DNA of 64,000 nt from Acidobacteriota bacterium (GTDB lineage Bacteria; Acidobacteriota; UBA890; WLXD01). This document shows, piece after piece, positions 31,248 to 41,657 of the stretch (the stretch's first letter is position 1; every line of letters starts with the position of its first letter). The notes under the pieces were generated by a model. It ran no database searches. It was not told where the DNA came from and was given only the letters and a program-made list of their open reading frames with translations. The translations under genes and the position numbers were made by a program. The stretch is from assembly GCA_965248695.1 (NCBI GenBank), contig CBDFKD010000002.1:4032001-4096000 (forward strand), given 5' to 3'.

Positions 31248-32987
31248 ATGAAATCCATAGCCAGGACGGCGCTGAGCCTGTTCGTTCTTTTGGCAGCCGA
31301 GACACCGGTTCCTGAGGCGAACGATGGGCCCATCGGGGAGCACAACGGGCGTCAGGTAGCGGATCTGGTGTTTCGCAATGGTGCGGTTTACACGGTCGAT
31401 GCTGCGCGCAGTTGGGCCTCGGCAGTAGCCGTCGCGGGCAACCGCATCGTCTACGTTGGCACTGACGGCGGTGCGGCGCCGTTCGTTGGAGCTGGCACTC
31501 GGGTCGTCGACCTTGGCGGTCGCATGATGTTGCCCGGTTTCCAGGATTCACATCTCCACCCGGGCGGAGGCGGGGTCGGCATGACCCGGATTCAGCTCAA
31601 CGGTGTCTTTGATCGAGGCGAGGTCTTTCGCCTCATCGAGGAATACGCGCAGGCTCATCCCGAGCTCGAGTGGGTCGTCGGTCGCGGCTGGGAAGCCGAC
31701 GCTTTCAAGCCTTCCGGGAATCCGGATCGCCACATGCTCGATGAGATCGTCACCGATCGACCTGCCTACCTGACCTTTTCGGGCACTCACGCCGCTTGGG
31801 TGAACAGCCGTGCCTTGGAGATCGCCGGCATCACGGCGGCCACGCCCGATCCAGTCAGCGGCGTCATCCGGCGCGACGAGAACGGCGAGCCTACAGGTCT
31901 GCTGATCGACAGCGCACAAGGTCTAGTGAGCCGCCACATCCCGCCCCTGACAGATCAGCAACGCGCCGATGGTTTGCGGCGCGCCTTCACCGAGTTCACT
32001 CGTCTCGGGATCACCGCGATCCACGACGCTTCATCCTCGGCGGAGGGTGAGCGACTCTACTCGCGTCTGCTCAGCAACGGCGAGCTGAACCTGCGGGCCG
32101 TGACCTGCCAGCGCTACAGACCTTCCGGAGATGACGAGGAGCAGATCCGGGAGTTCATCGCTCGCCGCCAGGAGCTCCCCTCAGGGAACCTTCGAGCGAC
32201 CTGCATCAAGATCGGTAACGACGGCATCATCGAGCAACGTACCGGAGCACTCCTCGAGCCGTACAGCGACCTACCGGTTGTCTACGAGCCGCATGTGGAA
32301 GCGGAACGACTGAAACAGCTGGTCACCCGGCTTGATCGCGAGGGGTTCCAGGTCCAGATCCATGCCATCGGTGATCGGGCGGTGCGGGAGTCTCTCGATG
32401 CGTTCGAAGCCGCTCGCCAGGCCAATGGCCCACGCGACTCGCGCCATAGCATGGCGCACGTGCAACTGATCGATCCGGCCGACGTAACGCGTCTGCGCCC
32501 GTTGGGGGTGGTTGCGAACATGACGCCCTTCTGGGGCAAGGGCGATGATTGGACGGCCATCTACAACCTGAGACACCTCGGACCGGATCGGGCTCAACGG
32601 GTCTACAACCACCGGACGCTCGTGCAGGCCGGTGTCCGACTTGTGTGGGGAACCGACTGGGCTGTGACCTCGTTGCGCCCGTTGGACGGGCTCGAAGTTG
32701 CGGTGACGCGCAGACACCTCGGCGGAGTCGATCCCTACGGCGAAACCGACAGTGCCTGGGCACCAAACGAGAGACTCACCCTGGCGGAGTCGATCGCCGC
32801 GTACACGATCTCAGGTGCATACCTGTCCTTCGATGAGCAGCAGCGAGGCTCCATCGAGGTTGGCAAGCTGGCAGATCTCGTTGTTCTCGAGAAGAACCTC
32901 TTCGACGTACCGGAGCTCGAGATCCATGAAGTCCGCACTGACATGACGGTCTTCGACGGTACGGTTGTGTATGAGATCCCTGAATAG
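31248..32987 (+). CDS. Amidohydrolase_3 (YtcJ-like), exported
   Basis: [21 protein letters not shown] and GKLAD motifs. Confidence 0.9.
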   Translation: MKSIARTALSLFVLLAAETPVPEANDGPIGEHNGRQVADLVFRNGAVYTVDAARSWASAVAVAGNRIVYVGTDGGAAPFVGAGTRVVDLGGRMMLPGFQDSHLHPGGGGVGMTRIQLNGVFDRGEVFRLIEEYAQAHPELEWVVGRGWEADAFKPSGNPDRHMLDEIVTDRPAYLTFSGTHAAWVNSRALEIAGITAATPDPVSGVIRRDENGEPTGLLIDSAQGLVSRHIPPLTDQQRADGLRRAFTEFTRLGITAIHDASSSAEGERLYSRLLSNGELNLRAVTCQRYRPSGDDEEQIREFIARRQELPSGNLRATCIKIGNDGIIEQRTGALLEPYSDLPVVYEPHVEAERLKQLVTRLDREGFQVQIHAIGDRAVRESLDAFEAARQANGPRDSRHSMAHVQLIDPADVTRLRPLGVVANMTPFWGKGDDWTAIYNLRHLGPDRAQRVYNHRTLVQAGVRLVWGTDWAVTSLRPLDGLEVAVTRRHLGGVDPYGETDSAWAPNERLTLAESIAAYTISGAYLSFDEQQRGSIEVGKLADLVVLEKNLFDVPELEIHEVRTDMTVFDGTVVYEIPE

Positions 32988-33053
32988 AGAATGTCGCTCC
33001 GAGGTGTCCGCCAACGGCCGTTGGGCGTATGCCCTGGGGAGCGCGCCGACCCG

Positions 33054-33410
33054 TCAGGCCTCGCCAGGGCCGCGCTGGCCGCAGAAGTAGCCGAGTCCGA
33101 ACTCCGGCGTCGTGAAGGTGATCGTGCACCCCTTCGGGAAATAGAAGAGATCTCCGGCCGTAGCCGTGACGGTCTCTCCGCTGTCGCCGTCGTGGATCTC
33201 GAACTGCCCGTCCACGATGAGCTTGATCTCGTGATAGGTGTACGTATAGGTCATCGCCTCGCCGGCCTCGAGGCGGAACAGTCCGGCCGTGATCGGCTTG
33301 TCGGGGTCGTCCGACACGGCGAAGTCGTCAAGGAAGGCGGCGGCGGCCTCGTCCTCCATGGGGGGCAGGGCGCGGCCGAAGATCTTCCCGTGGTGCTTCA
33401 TGGACGGCAT
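33054..33410 (-). CDS. EutQ-like cupin
   Basis: YTYTYHEIKLIVDG..GDLFYFPKG. Confidence 0.75.
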   Translation of the reverse strand: MPSMKHHGKIFGRALPPMEDEAAAAFLDDFAVSDDPDKPITAGLFRLEAGEAMTYTYTYHEIKLIVDGQFEIHDGDSGETVTATAGDLFYFPKGCTITFTTPEFGLGYFCGQRGPGEA

Positions 33411-33459
33411 GACGAGCTCTCCTGATCAGCGCGGGGAGGAGACATCATAGGTGACCCTG

Positions 33460-34113
33460 CTAGACGCCGAGCGCTGGCTCCCTCGGGAGCGTTGACGGGG
33501 TCCCGATGCGCCGACGAACGACGAACGCCGTCGCTCGCAGGAGGAGCGCCGCGATGAGCGAGGCGGTGACCAGCACGTAAAGCCAGTTCTCCGCGACGAG
33601 GCCGCGGCGGAATGCCGAAAGCGTGTACAGCCAGTTGGTGCGGAAGAACACCCACCAGAGCCCGTACATCCCGACCGTGTGCAGCAGGCGCCAGGTGGTC
33701 GGTGTCATGCGTTTGCTGAATCGCTCGAACGAAGTCATCGCGAGAGCCGCGATCACGGCGTACCCGACGTATCCCTCCACCCGGTCGAGCACCGACAGGC
33801 TGGTCCATGCAACGCCCTGATTCATGCTGATCAACCAGGCCAAAGCCAGCATGCTGAGGAACATTCCGTAGGCGTAGCCGACCCCGAGGTACTTGCGGCT
33901 GTCGAGAAGCCACTCCGCCGTGCGCCCGGGTCGAAGGGTTGCGAACGCCGCGGCGCAGAACGCCAGGAGGAACGGAACCACGGGGGCGCGGAACGTCCAG
34001 CGCACCAGCATCCGGACGTGCTCCTCGTCGCCGTTGCCGATGGCGAGCCCGATCGCCACGATCACGGTCTGCGCCGCCACCAATACCCAGAACAGCGTCC
34101 ATCTCTCGATCAT
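33460..34113 (-). CDS. Membrane protein, ferric-reductase/MsrQ-like TM domain
   Basis: RKYLG, A.TSF and WRLLHTVG motifs; about 6 TM helices. Confidence 0.6.
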   Translation of the reverse strand: MIERWTLFWVLVAAQTVIVAIGLAIGNGDEEHVRMLVRWTFRAPVVPFLLAFCAAAFATLRPGRTAEWLLDSRKYLGVGYAYGMFLSMLALAWLISMNQGVAWTSLSVLDRVEGYVGYAVIAALAMTSFERFSKRMTPTTWRLLHTVGMYGLWWVFFRTNWLYTLSAFRRGLVAENWLYVLVTASLIAALLLRATAFVVRRRIGTPSTLPREPALGV

Positions 34114-34290
34114 CAGAGGGTTGCCCCCAGGGTCGGCCGGTACCAGTTACTCGCCGCGGTCCATTCAGCTCGTTTATACCCTGAGTCGGGGTGCCGCGCC
34201 CTGAAGTGGTGCGAGAAACGCTGCGACGCACGGTTGAGGGGTCGAAGGTTGCCGATCTTGTGGTGGTTCGCGGAGATCCAGAGATGAGAT

Positions 34291-34308
34291 TGCTAACTTG
34301 AGTCAGCA
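34291..34308. promoter_or_regulatory. Palindromic operator-like site in a divergent spacer
   Basis: TGCTAAC-TTGA-GTCAGCA, followed by hairpin GACCCCAG..CTGGGGTC. Confidence 0.4.
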
Positions 34309-34457
34309 TTCACCTTTTTCGGACCCCAGGTTGTTCGGCTGGGGTCTGATCTTGATAATGAGAGCGTGGCGGCTGTCTCCCCAGCACGGTGCTGATTGCG
34401 CCTGATGCGGCCTACCTGTTCGGGGGCAGACCGTAAGCTTGTGTCCGGGAGGATCTG

Positions 34458-35201
34458 ATGAGGACAGCATTGCGAGGCGGCGCGCGACCCCGCGTGTTTG
34501 CCGGGCTGGCCATCATCGTCTTGGCGGCCTGCACAGCCTCGATGGAACCAGAGCCGGACCCCGTTGGCACCTGGAACCTGAAGTCGAGTGAAGTCCCAGG
34601 GCAGCGCCTCGGGGGTCAGACGATGCCCGTCGCGCCACCCTCCTCGGGTGCGGGCAAGACGGTCCTTCTGAAAGTGGAGGAAGCCGACGGGGAGTTGCGC
34701 GCCCAGATGACCTCGATTTCCGACAGCCTGATCGAAGTCGATGACTTCCGCTTGGAGGATGGCACGATGTTCGTCGAGTTCGGGGCCTACGAGTACACGC
34801 TCAGCCTCGACGGCGATCGGGTCACAGGCACCGTCGTGAGCCCGTTGGGAGAGTTCGAGATCGCAGGAACCAGGCAGGACACGGGCCTGCTCTATGTCGG
34901 TGAGCCTGAGGAGTTCTACACGAACCACCCTGGCGTGGTCGGCCACCGCACGGAGCTCGCACCGCCGGAGGACGTTGAAGACCCAGCCGCCTGGGTGAGG
35001 GAACGCGTGCAATCGGCAGAGGATTTGGTGCTGATCTCAGATCTCGGTAGGATCGCCATCGAGTTCACCAATACGGCAGCGTTCGAGGAGGAATTGCTGG
35101 GCTACGCTGGCCAAGAGGTGCGGGTGTCGGGCACCTGGAGGGGAGAGAGGATCGAGATCGATACGATCGAGCTGGCACCGCCGGAGGACGATGAAGGCTG
35201 A
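34458..35201 (+). CDS. Uncharacterised lipoprotein (partner P2)
   Basis: Lipobox LAAC; paralog of 28791-29522. Confidence 0.8.
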   Translation: MRTALRGGARPRVFAGLAIIVLAACTASMEPEPDPVGTWNLKSSEVPGQRLGGQTMPVAPPSSGAGKTVLLKVEEADGELRAQMTSISDSLIEVDDFRLEDGTMFVEFGAYEYTLSLDGDRVTGTVVSPLGEFEIAGTRQDTGLLYVGEPEEFYTNHPGVVGHRTELAPPEDVEDPAAWVRERVQSAEDLVLISDLGRIAIEFTNTAAFEEELLGYAGQEVRVSGTWRGERIEIDTIELAPPEDDEG

Positions 35202-35259
35202 GCCCAGACAGCCGGTTGGAGATTAGGGCGGCATGCCATCAAACAGAGGGGAGAGCACG

Positions 35260-36525
35260 ATGCGGAAAGTCCTCGTTGGAACATTGGCGACGTTGGTGGC
35301 GACGGTCGGTGTGGCGACTCTCAGTCGAGCTAGCCTCGGCCAATCCAGCGCCGAGGAACCGAGCGTGCCGACGTGGACGCGCGACGTCGGCCCCTTACTG
35401 GCGGACAGCTGCATGAGCTGCCACCGACCGGGGGAAGTTGCTCCCATGTCGCTGTTGAGCTATGAGGAAGCACGCCCCTGGGCCAAGTCGATCCGGCAAG
35501 TGGTCCGCGAGCGGATCATGCCGCCGTGGAAGGCAGATCCGCGCTATGGTCGGTTTTCCAACGATCGCCGCCTGACCGGCGAGCAGGTCCGAACGATCGA
35601 AGAGTGGGTCTCAGGGGGAGCTCCCCGGGGAGAGGGCGATTTCACGTCGCCGGCCTTCGTCGAGGGTTGGGCCCTCAGCGCCGAGCTTGGGCCACCCGAC
35701 CACATCTTCGAGATGGAAGAGCCGTATCGCATTCCGGCGGGCGGCCCGGACCAATTCCCTCACATCACGGCGCCTACGAACCACGCAGAGGACATCTGGG
35801 CTCGGGCGGTAGAGATGCGCGGCAACCCCCGGGTGGTTCACCACGGCAGTGTGAGCGCGGTACAGCCGGACGGCAGTCCCCTCTACGTCGGCAACATCAT
35901 CCCCGGACTTCACCCGCACATTCTCCCGCAAGGCTCGGCCAAGGGGATCCCGGCCGGATCGACGTTACAGTTCGATATGCACTACCACCCGAGCGGCCAG
36001 GAAGAATTCGATCGCGCCGAAGTCGGTATCTGGCTGGCACAATATCCGATCACCGACGTGGTTCGTGACGGCCTTGTCAGAGATCGGCAGATCGAGATCC
36101 CGCCGTACGCGCCGAACTACGAAAGCGTCGCCGAAATGGAGTTCGACGTCGACGCCGAGCTGCTGAGCCTCGAGCCCCACATGCACTATCGCGGCAAAGA
36201 CATGATGTACGAGGTGATCTATCCAGACGGCCGGGAAGAGATCCTGTTGTCGGTTCCGAACTACGATTTCAACTGGCAGCTGAGCTACTACCTGACGGAG
36301 CCTGTGCCGCTAGCGAAGGGAACGAAGCTTCGGGTTACTGCCCACTTCGACAACTCCGAGAATAATCCCCGAAACCCGAATCCGAGCCTGAAGGTCGTCT
36401 ATGGTCAGGACTCGCGTGACGAGATGATGGAAGGATGGTTCCGCTATCGCGTGAAGCGCGATGAACCGATCATCCCTTCCCATATTCCAGCAAGCGAATC
36501 GGAAGGATCTTCGCCAAGGCCCTAG
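35260..36525 (+). CDS. Exported cytochrome c / copper type II monooxygenase-like fusion (M2)
   Basis: CMSCH, VHH, MHYH, PHMHYRGK and DEMM motifs; paralog of M1. Confidence 0.8.
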   Translation: MRKVLVGTLATLVATVGVATLSRASLGQSSAEEPSVPTWTRDVGPLLADSCMSCHRPGEVAPMSLLSYEEARPWAKSIRQVVRERIMPPWKADPRYGRFSNDRRLTGEQVRTIEEWVSGGAPRGEGDFTSPAFVEGWALSAELGPPDHIFEMEEPYRIPAGGPDQFPHITAPTNHAEDIWARAVEMRGNPRVVHHGSVSAVQPDGSPLYVGNIIPGLHPHILPQGSAKGIPAGSTLQFDMHYHPSGQEEFDRAEVGIWLAQYPITDVVRDGLVRDRQIEIPPYAPNYESVAEMEFDVDAELLSLEPHMHYRGKDMMYEVIYPDGREEILLSVPNYDFNWQLSYYLTEPVPLAKGTKLRVTAHFDNSENNPRNPNPSLKVVYGQDSRDEMMEGWFRYRVKRDEPIIPSHIPASESEGSSPRP

Positions 36526-36596
36526 ACTCTGCGGCGTGACCGAACACGGGGTATCTGGGAAATCCCGCGTCAAGACGCCAACCTGATAGGTGAGAA

Positions 36597-38081
36597 ATGA
36601 AGACGAGACGGGTGCGAGCGTTCATCTTCGTGCGCTGGGCTTTGCTCACGGCTGTGTTGGCGGTCTGGACGCTTCCGGCAGCCGCGCAGTGGGCACAAGC
36701 GCCGCCGCGCGAGATCGTGATCACCGGCGGCTGGCTGTTCGACGGCGTTGGCGACGCGCGCGTCCGCAACACCGGGATCGTCATCCGTGACGGCAAGTTC
36801 GTCGAGGTCGGCGCCGACCTCAGCGGCCGCTATTTTCCAGCCGCCCGGATAATCGAGCTCGATGACGGCGCCACGATCTTGCCCGGGATGATCGATTTGC
36901 ACGCTCACCACAACATGAACATGGTGGGGGTAGGGCGTGCCGAGGAGATCACCTACAACTCGATCATCTTCCTGGCCAACGGCGTCACGGCGACCTGGTC
37001 GGCGGGGGAGTTCTTCTCGGAGCGTGTCATCGCGCAACGCGATCGGATCGACCGCGGCGAGGCCATCGGCGCGCGCGTTTTCGCTTCCGGCCCGTACTTC
37101 GGCGCGTTTCGCTGCGAGTATCAGATCGAGACCGCCGAGGACGACTGCATCGGCTGGCCCAACGACATCACGGAAGAAGAGATCCGCGCCGAGGTCGATT
37201 ACTGGGCCCAGCGCGGCGTACGCAGCATCAAGATCAAGCAGTCGACGCCGGAAGAGATGCGCATTCTCATCGATCAGGCGCATCGCCGGGGCATGACCAC
37301 GACCAGTCACCTTGGTAACTACGCGGGGTCCTACGACGTCGAGCCCGATGAAGCCATCGCCATGGGACTGGACCGAATCGAGCACGGGATCAGGAGCGGG
37401 AGGGGTGACGATCCGGCTGAGCTGGAGCGCATGATCAACCTCTTTCTCGAGGAGGGCGTGTATTTCGACTCCAACCTGCAGATGTACTCCCGCTATGACG
37501 GAGACCCCACCGGCCACCCGTCGCTCGACCTCGTCTGGGTGGACGAATACGAGTTCTTCACGCCGTACGCGCAGCAGCGGATTCGTGCCCGAAAGGCGGC
37601 GTCCGGGGCCGAGCCGGAGAGCGTGTACGTCGTGTCGGAGAGTTCCCGCCGGCACATTGCAGAACTCGGCGCCCTGTTCGAGTCGGGTGGCGGCGACCTC
37701 ATCATCGTCGGCACCGACGAGCCGACCTCCGGTCCGTGGCTGCCAGGCTTCGCCTACCATCGTGAGCTCATGATCATGGTCCATGCCGGGTTGCCCCCGG
37801 CGGCGGTGCTCAAGGCCGCAACCATCAACGGAGCGCGAGCGCTCGGGGTAGTCGACCGGCTCGGGTCGATCGAACCCGGCAAGCTCGCCGATCTGTACGT
37901 CGCTGAGGGCAACCCTCTGGAGGACATCTCCACCGCGCGCAACGTGCGTCTGGTGGTGAAGGCGGGGGTGGTCTACGACCCGGAGGAGCTACTGGAGATG
38001 GCCAAGGGCAAGATCGGCCCCTCCGGACCGGATGACCACGCTGCCTGGGAGCTCGTGGTCAAGCCGTTGCGACGCCGCTAG
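36597..38081 (+). CDS. Amidohydrolase_1 family, exported
   Basis: PGMIDLHAH, IEHG, GTD and GKLAD motifs. Confidence 0.88.
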   Translation: MKTRRVRAFIFVRWALLTAVLAVWTLPAAAQWAQAPPREIVITGGWLFDGVGDARVRNTGIVIRDGKFVEVGADLSGRYFPAARIIELDDGATILPGMIDLHAHHNMNMVGVGRAEEITYNSIIFLANGVTATWSAGEFFSERVIAQRDRIDRGEAIGARVFASGPYFGAFRCEYQIETAEDDCIGWPNDITEEEIRAEVDYWAQRGVRSIKIKQSTPEEMRILIDQAHRRGMTTTSHLGNYAGSYDVEPDEAIAMGLDRIEHGIRSGRGDDPAELERMINLFLEEGVYFDSNLQMYSRYDGDPTGHPSLDLVWVDEYEFFTPYAQQRIRARKAASGAEPESVYVVSESSRRHIAELGALFESGGGDLIIVGTDEPTSGPWLPGFAYHRELMIMVHAGLPPAAVLKAATINGARALGVVDRLGSIEPGKLADLYVAEGNPLEDISTARNVRLVVKAGVVYDPEELLEMAKGKIGPSGPDDHAAWELVVKPLRRR

Positions 38082-38171
38082 TCCTCACGGACCGCTGACC
38101 GTGGCCCGTCGCGAGGAACGCTGCTCGCCGCCGGCGTCTACGGGTCGCCTATCTACGCGGGAGAGACAACG

Positions 38172-39161
38172 ATGACTATCCCGAGAGGCAAGGGCCTGAT
38201 CGCGGCGCTACTCCTGTTCTTGGTAGCGGTGGCCGTGATCGTGGCCGTGCCGCAGCGTTACATGATCTGGTACTACACCTGGAACACCCCTGAGGCCCCG
38301 CCGCTCCTCGACCAGGTCGACGAGGGCCCCGGAGTGCGATGGCACGACGACTACTTCACTATTCAGGCGCTCGATGCGCGCACCTTCGCCATCGGCGAGC
38401 CCCGCTACTATCAGCAGAACTACAACTACCTGCTCCTGGGAACCGAGCGCGCCGTGTTGTTCGATGCCGGCCCCGGCGTTCGCGACATCCGGCCGGTGGC
38501 GCAGTCGCTCACCGATCTCCCCGTGACCTTCGTGCCTTCCCATTTCCACGTCGACCACGTAGGCAACGAGATCACCTTCGAGAATGTGGCGGTGATCGAC
38601 CTGCCCTACTTGCGAGCTCGCGCGCCCGACAACCGTCTGCAGCTCACGGACCGCGAGCACCTGGGATTCCACGAGGGCGTTGCTCCTGCCACGCTCGAGA
38701 TCGACGAGTGGATCTCGGCCGGAGACACCATGCAGCTGGGCGACCGCTCCCTGCGAGTCCTCTATACGCCCGGCCACACGGAAGACTCGATCTCGCTGCT
38801 CGATGTGGATTCCGGCCAGCTGTTTTCGGGCGATTTCATCTATCCCGGACCGCTGTATGCGTATCTCCCGAACAGCGGCATGGGTGACTACGTGCAGGCC
38901 GCCGACACTGTGCTCAGCTCCGCTCCCCCCGGCGTCCGCATCCTCGGCGCGCACCGGGGCAGGTCGCCCGGGGCGCCACGGCTGACGCTGGCCGATGTGC
39001 AGGACCTCAGGGCCGCGCTGGACGCGATACGAAGCGGAGAGCTCTCGGGCGAGGGCTTCTACCCGGTCCGGTACCGGATCAACTCGCAGCTGCGCCTGCT
39101 GGCGGACCCCTGGTGGTTGCAGAACTGGACGCCACGCCGCCCATCGTTGGCAAGTCGCTGA
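38172..39161 (+). CDS. MBL-fold metallohydrolase
   Basis: SHFHVDHVG, TPGHT, SGD and GAH motifs. Confidence 0.9.
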   Translation: MTIPRGKGLIAALLLFLVAVAVIVAVPQRYMIWYYTWNTPEAPPLLDQVDEGPGVRWHDDYFTIQALDARTFAIGEPRYYQQNYNYLLLGTERAVLFDAGPGVRDIRPVAQSLTDLPVTFVPSHFHVDHVGNEITFENVAVIDLPYLRARAPDNRLQLTDREHLGFHEGVAPATLEIDEWISAGDTMQLGDRSLRVLYTPGHTEDSISLLDVDSGQLFSGDFIYPGPLYAYLPNSGMGDYVQAADTVLSSAPPGVRILGAHRGRSPGAPRLTLADVQDLRAALDAIRSGELSGEGFYPVRYRINSQLRLLADPWWLQNWTPRRPSLASR

Positions 39162-39201
39162 TGCGTCGGATCAGCGCCGGCATCCTGCTCGTGCGTCCCG
39201 G

Positions 39202-41490
39202 CTAGCGGCCTTCCACTACACGCAGCGGCATCAGCCGGGCCGCCTGGCCATCGGCGGTCGTATCCACTACTTGCAGCTCGACCAGGTACTCGCCGGGGTC
39301 GAGATACGGTAGCGGCAAAAGGCCGCCGTATACGCCCGGACCCTCGGGCCGCAATGCGGAGGCCGGTACCTCCGCGATGGTGTTCCGTGTGGCGTGATGG
39401 AAGATCGAGGCGGAGACGTGCGGCCTTGTCGCGCCGCTAACCTGAACGCTCGCGAAGATCTGGATGCCCGCGGAAATGCCCTCGTCTAGCAGGGGTCTGA
39501 GCTCGGCACCGGCCTCCAATACGCCGAGCATCGGATCCGCCATCGTCCACCCGTCGCTGGACGGGACCCGCACCTCCAGCCTCGACGTGCCGAATCGGTC
39601 ACCGCCGTCTTCAGCGATCACCAGCCGGATATCGTGGATTCCCGGGTCGACTGGCCACTCGGTCGTGTAGCGGAGGTATCGGAACGAAGCATCGGGCGCG
39701 TATCCTGCCCGATCGGTCTGTGGCAGAACCGTCGCGTGAGTCTCGCCGCTGATCTCGCCCGCACGATCCAACGCGATGGCATGCACTCGGAAGTACGGGA
39801 TGCCGAGCACGTCGGCCAGTTCCTCGCGGTTATCCGCGCCGGGACCGACTCCCTCGAAGGCGGGCGCCCAGGCACCGGCGACTGTCTCCGTGGGCCGAGG
39901 CAACCCGACAACCAATAGGATTTTGGGCGCGCCGTCAGGCTCAAAGCGGCGGAACGCCGCGGCGGGCACCGGGCGTCCCATGACCGAGCCCGGTAGCGCC
40001 AATGCTGCCGCCACCTTGCGAGCCCTGAGCTGCGAATCCGGCAGCTCTCGATAGCCTGACCGGGCCCGCACCTCCGCCTCCGGGTAGCTGACCTGCACCT
40101 CGATCTCGTGGTACTCGCCATCCTCGTGTGGCGCCGGGGGCTCATAGAAGATCAGGTAGAACTGCGTCGAGTCGTTGTACTGCTCCTCGAATGCCCGGTC
40201 GAGATCGCTCCAGCCGATGAACGACCGGCCGCCGGTCTTCGCAGCCAGGTCCACGAGCGGGACGGTGAGATCGCGATAGGCCGGTCGCACGTGGTTGCGC
40301 AGTGCCGTGGAGACCACGCCAGTGCTGATGGCGGCGCTGCGGCCGAGGTTGTTGAGCTCCGAGATCGGGCGCGGATCGACGGTGTAAATGCTCACGTTGC
40401 CGGTGTTCGCCGTTTGGTACACCTCTTCCATCAGGTCGAGGAGGCGCTGGCTCAGTGCCGATCTTTCCACAGTCGAACTCCCCGTCGGAGCGTTGACCGC
40501 CTCGCGCACCGCTGCCGCGAAAGCCGAGTAGGGTCCACCCTCCGTGATCATCGCACCGGAGGAGATCCACACCAGGGCAGTGCGGCCTTCCATTGCCGAC
40601 AAAGCGTTGATGAAGTGAAGAATAGTCCGGAGTGTCTGCTCGGCGCGCCGGCGCTCGCGCTCGCCATCTAACCTGGCCTTTCGCTCGAGGTTCTCGAGAA
40701 GCTGGAGCACCATGATCGGGGTCAACGCGGCGCGACGCTCCGCTCCTGGCGACTCCTGCGCCTCGATCGCCAACTGCATCATTGGCTGATACTCCTGCTC
40801 CATGCGGCTGAAGATAGACGCGGTCGTCAGCCCTGCCTCCGCCACCGACGCTGTCGCGTTACGAAGCACTTCACGATCGGTCGTCAGTGGGGCCAGCTCC
40901 TGTACCGTGCCGGTGTTGTCGATCAGGAACACGCTGCGCGGCACTTCCAGCTCACCCTCCCCTTCGAAGAGACTCCCGAGAGTCTTGGTCAGTCGAGGGC
41001 TGTTCCTTCGATCCAGGCTCGGCAGGTCGACCAGGTAGACCACAGCCCCGAGGCTTGCAGGGCTTCGCCGGATGGGTGTGGGCTCCGTCCATACAGAGGC
41101 CGATTCGTCGCCTGCGGTGATCGTCTCGTCGCGTGCGGTGATCGTCTCGTTGTGAGACGCGACGTTGGTGACCTGTCCCCTTGCGAGGCTGACGAGCTGG
41201 ACGCTCAAGATCTCCTGCTCAGCCCCGTCCTCGAAGACTCGGAAAGCGTCTGCCGTCAAGTCGTTGATGAAGCTTCCGCCCTCGTCGGTAACGATGGCGT
41301 CGACGCGCACGCGCCTGACCGCGGACCGAAACGTCGGTACTTGAGCCGGCAGCGCCTCCTGAGCCAAGGCCACCGACGCGCCCGTTCTCCCGCTATTGCC
41401 CGCCACCGGGACGGCGCTCGAAACCGGTTGCCCGGCAACGGTCAACGCCAGGAGGAAACCGAGAAACCGAATCGCGCGCACGCGCTTCAC
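39202..41490 (-). CDS. Acidobacterial VWA-related domain protein, copy 2
   Basis: Colinear close paralog of 8043-10313. Confidence 0.85.
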   Translation of the reverse strand: MKRVRAIRFLGFLLALTVAGQPVSSAVPVAGNSGRTGASVALAQEALPAQVPTFRSAVRRVRVDAIVTDEGGSFINDLTADAFRVFEDGAEQEILSVQLVSLARGQVTNVASHNETITARDETITAGDESASVWTEPTPIRRSPASLGAVVYLVDLPSLDRRNSPRLTKTLGSLFEGEGELEVPRSVFLIDNTGTVQELAPLTTDREVLRNATASVAEAGLTTASIFSRMEQEYQPMMQLAIEAQESPGAERRAALTPIMVLQLLENLERKARLDGERERRRAEQTLRTILHFINALSAMEGRTALVWISSGAMITEGGPYSAFAAAVREAVNAPTGSSTVERSALSQRLLDLMEEVYQTANTGNVSIYTVDPRPISELNNLGRSAAISTGVVSTALRNHVRPAYRDLTVPLVDLAAKTGGRSFIGWSDLDRAFEEQYNDSTQFYLIFYEPPAPHEDGEYHEIEVQVSYPEAEVRARSGYRELPDSQLRARKVAAALALPGSVMGRPVPAAAFRRFEPDGAPKILLVVGLPRPTETVAGAWAPAFEGVGPGADNREELADVLGIPYFRVHAIALDRAGEISGETHATVLPQTDRAGYAPDASFRYLRYTTEWPVDPGIHDIRLVIAEDGGDRFGTSRLEVRVPSSDGWTMADPMLGVLEAGAELRPLLDEGISAGIQIFASVQVSGATRPHVSASIFHHATRNTIAEVPASALRPEGPGVYGGLLPLPYLDPGEYLVELQVVDTTADGQAARLMPLRVVEGR
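41105..41150. repeat. 21-bp in-frame tandem duplication (ETITARD/ETITAGD)
   Basis: tcgtcgcctgcggtgatcgtc followed by tcgtcgcgtgcggtgatcgtc; only one unit in copy 1. Confidence 0.8.
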
Positions 41491-41657
41491 GGAAGATCTC
41501 CTGCGCTCGAGGCAAGCCCACACATAACCGCAAACCTACTCGCCGGGGGCGCACCGGTTCAACTGCCAGGCGAATGGCTGCGGCATGGAGGAGGTCGTCG
41601 GCACGGCCTAGCGCGGAGAGAGGGACCAGCCGCGTCGGGCGGGTGAGCCCGTTTCGC

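Noticed and set aside
41608-41630. tRNA-Ser-like 3' fragment (GCGGAGAGAGGGA), and TAGTACC at 60214
   Set aside because: Too short and lacking the T-loop.
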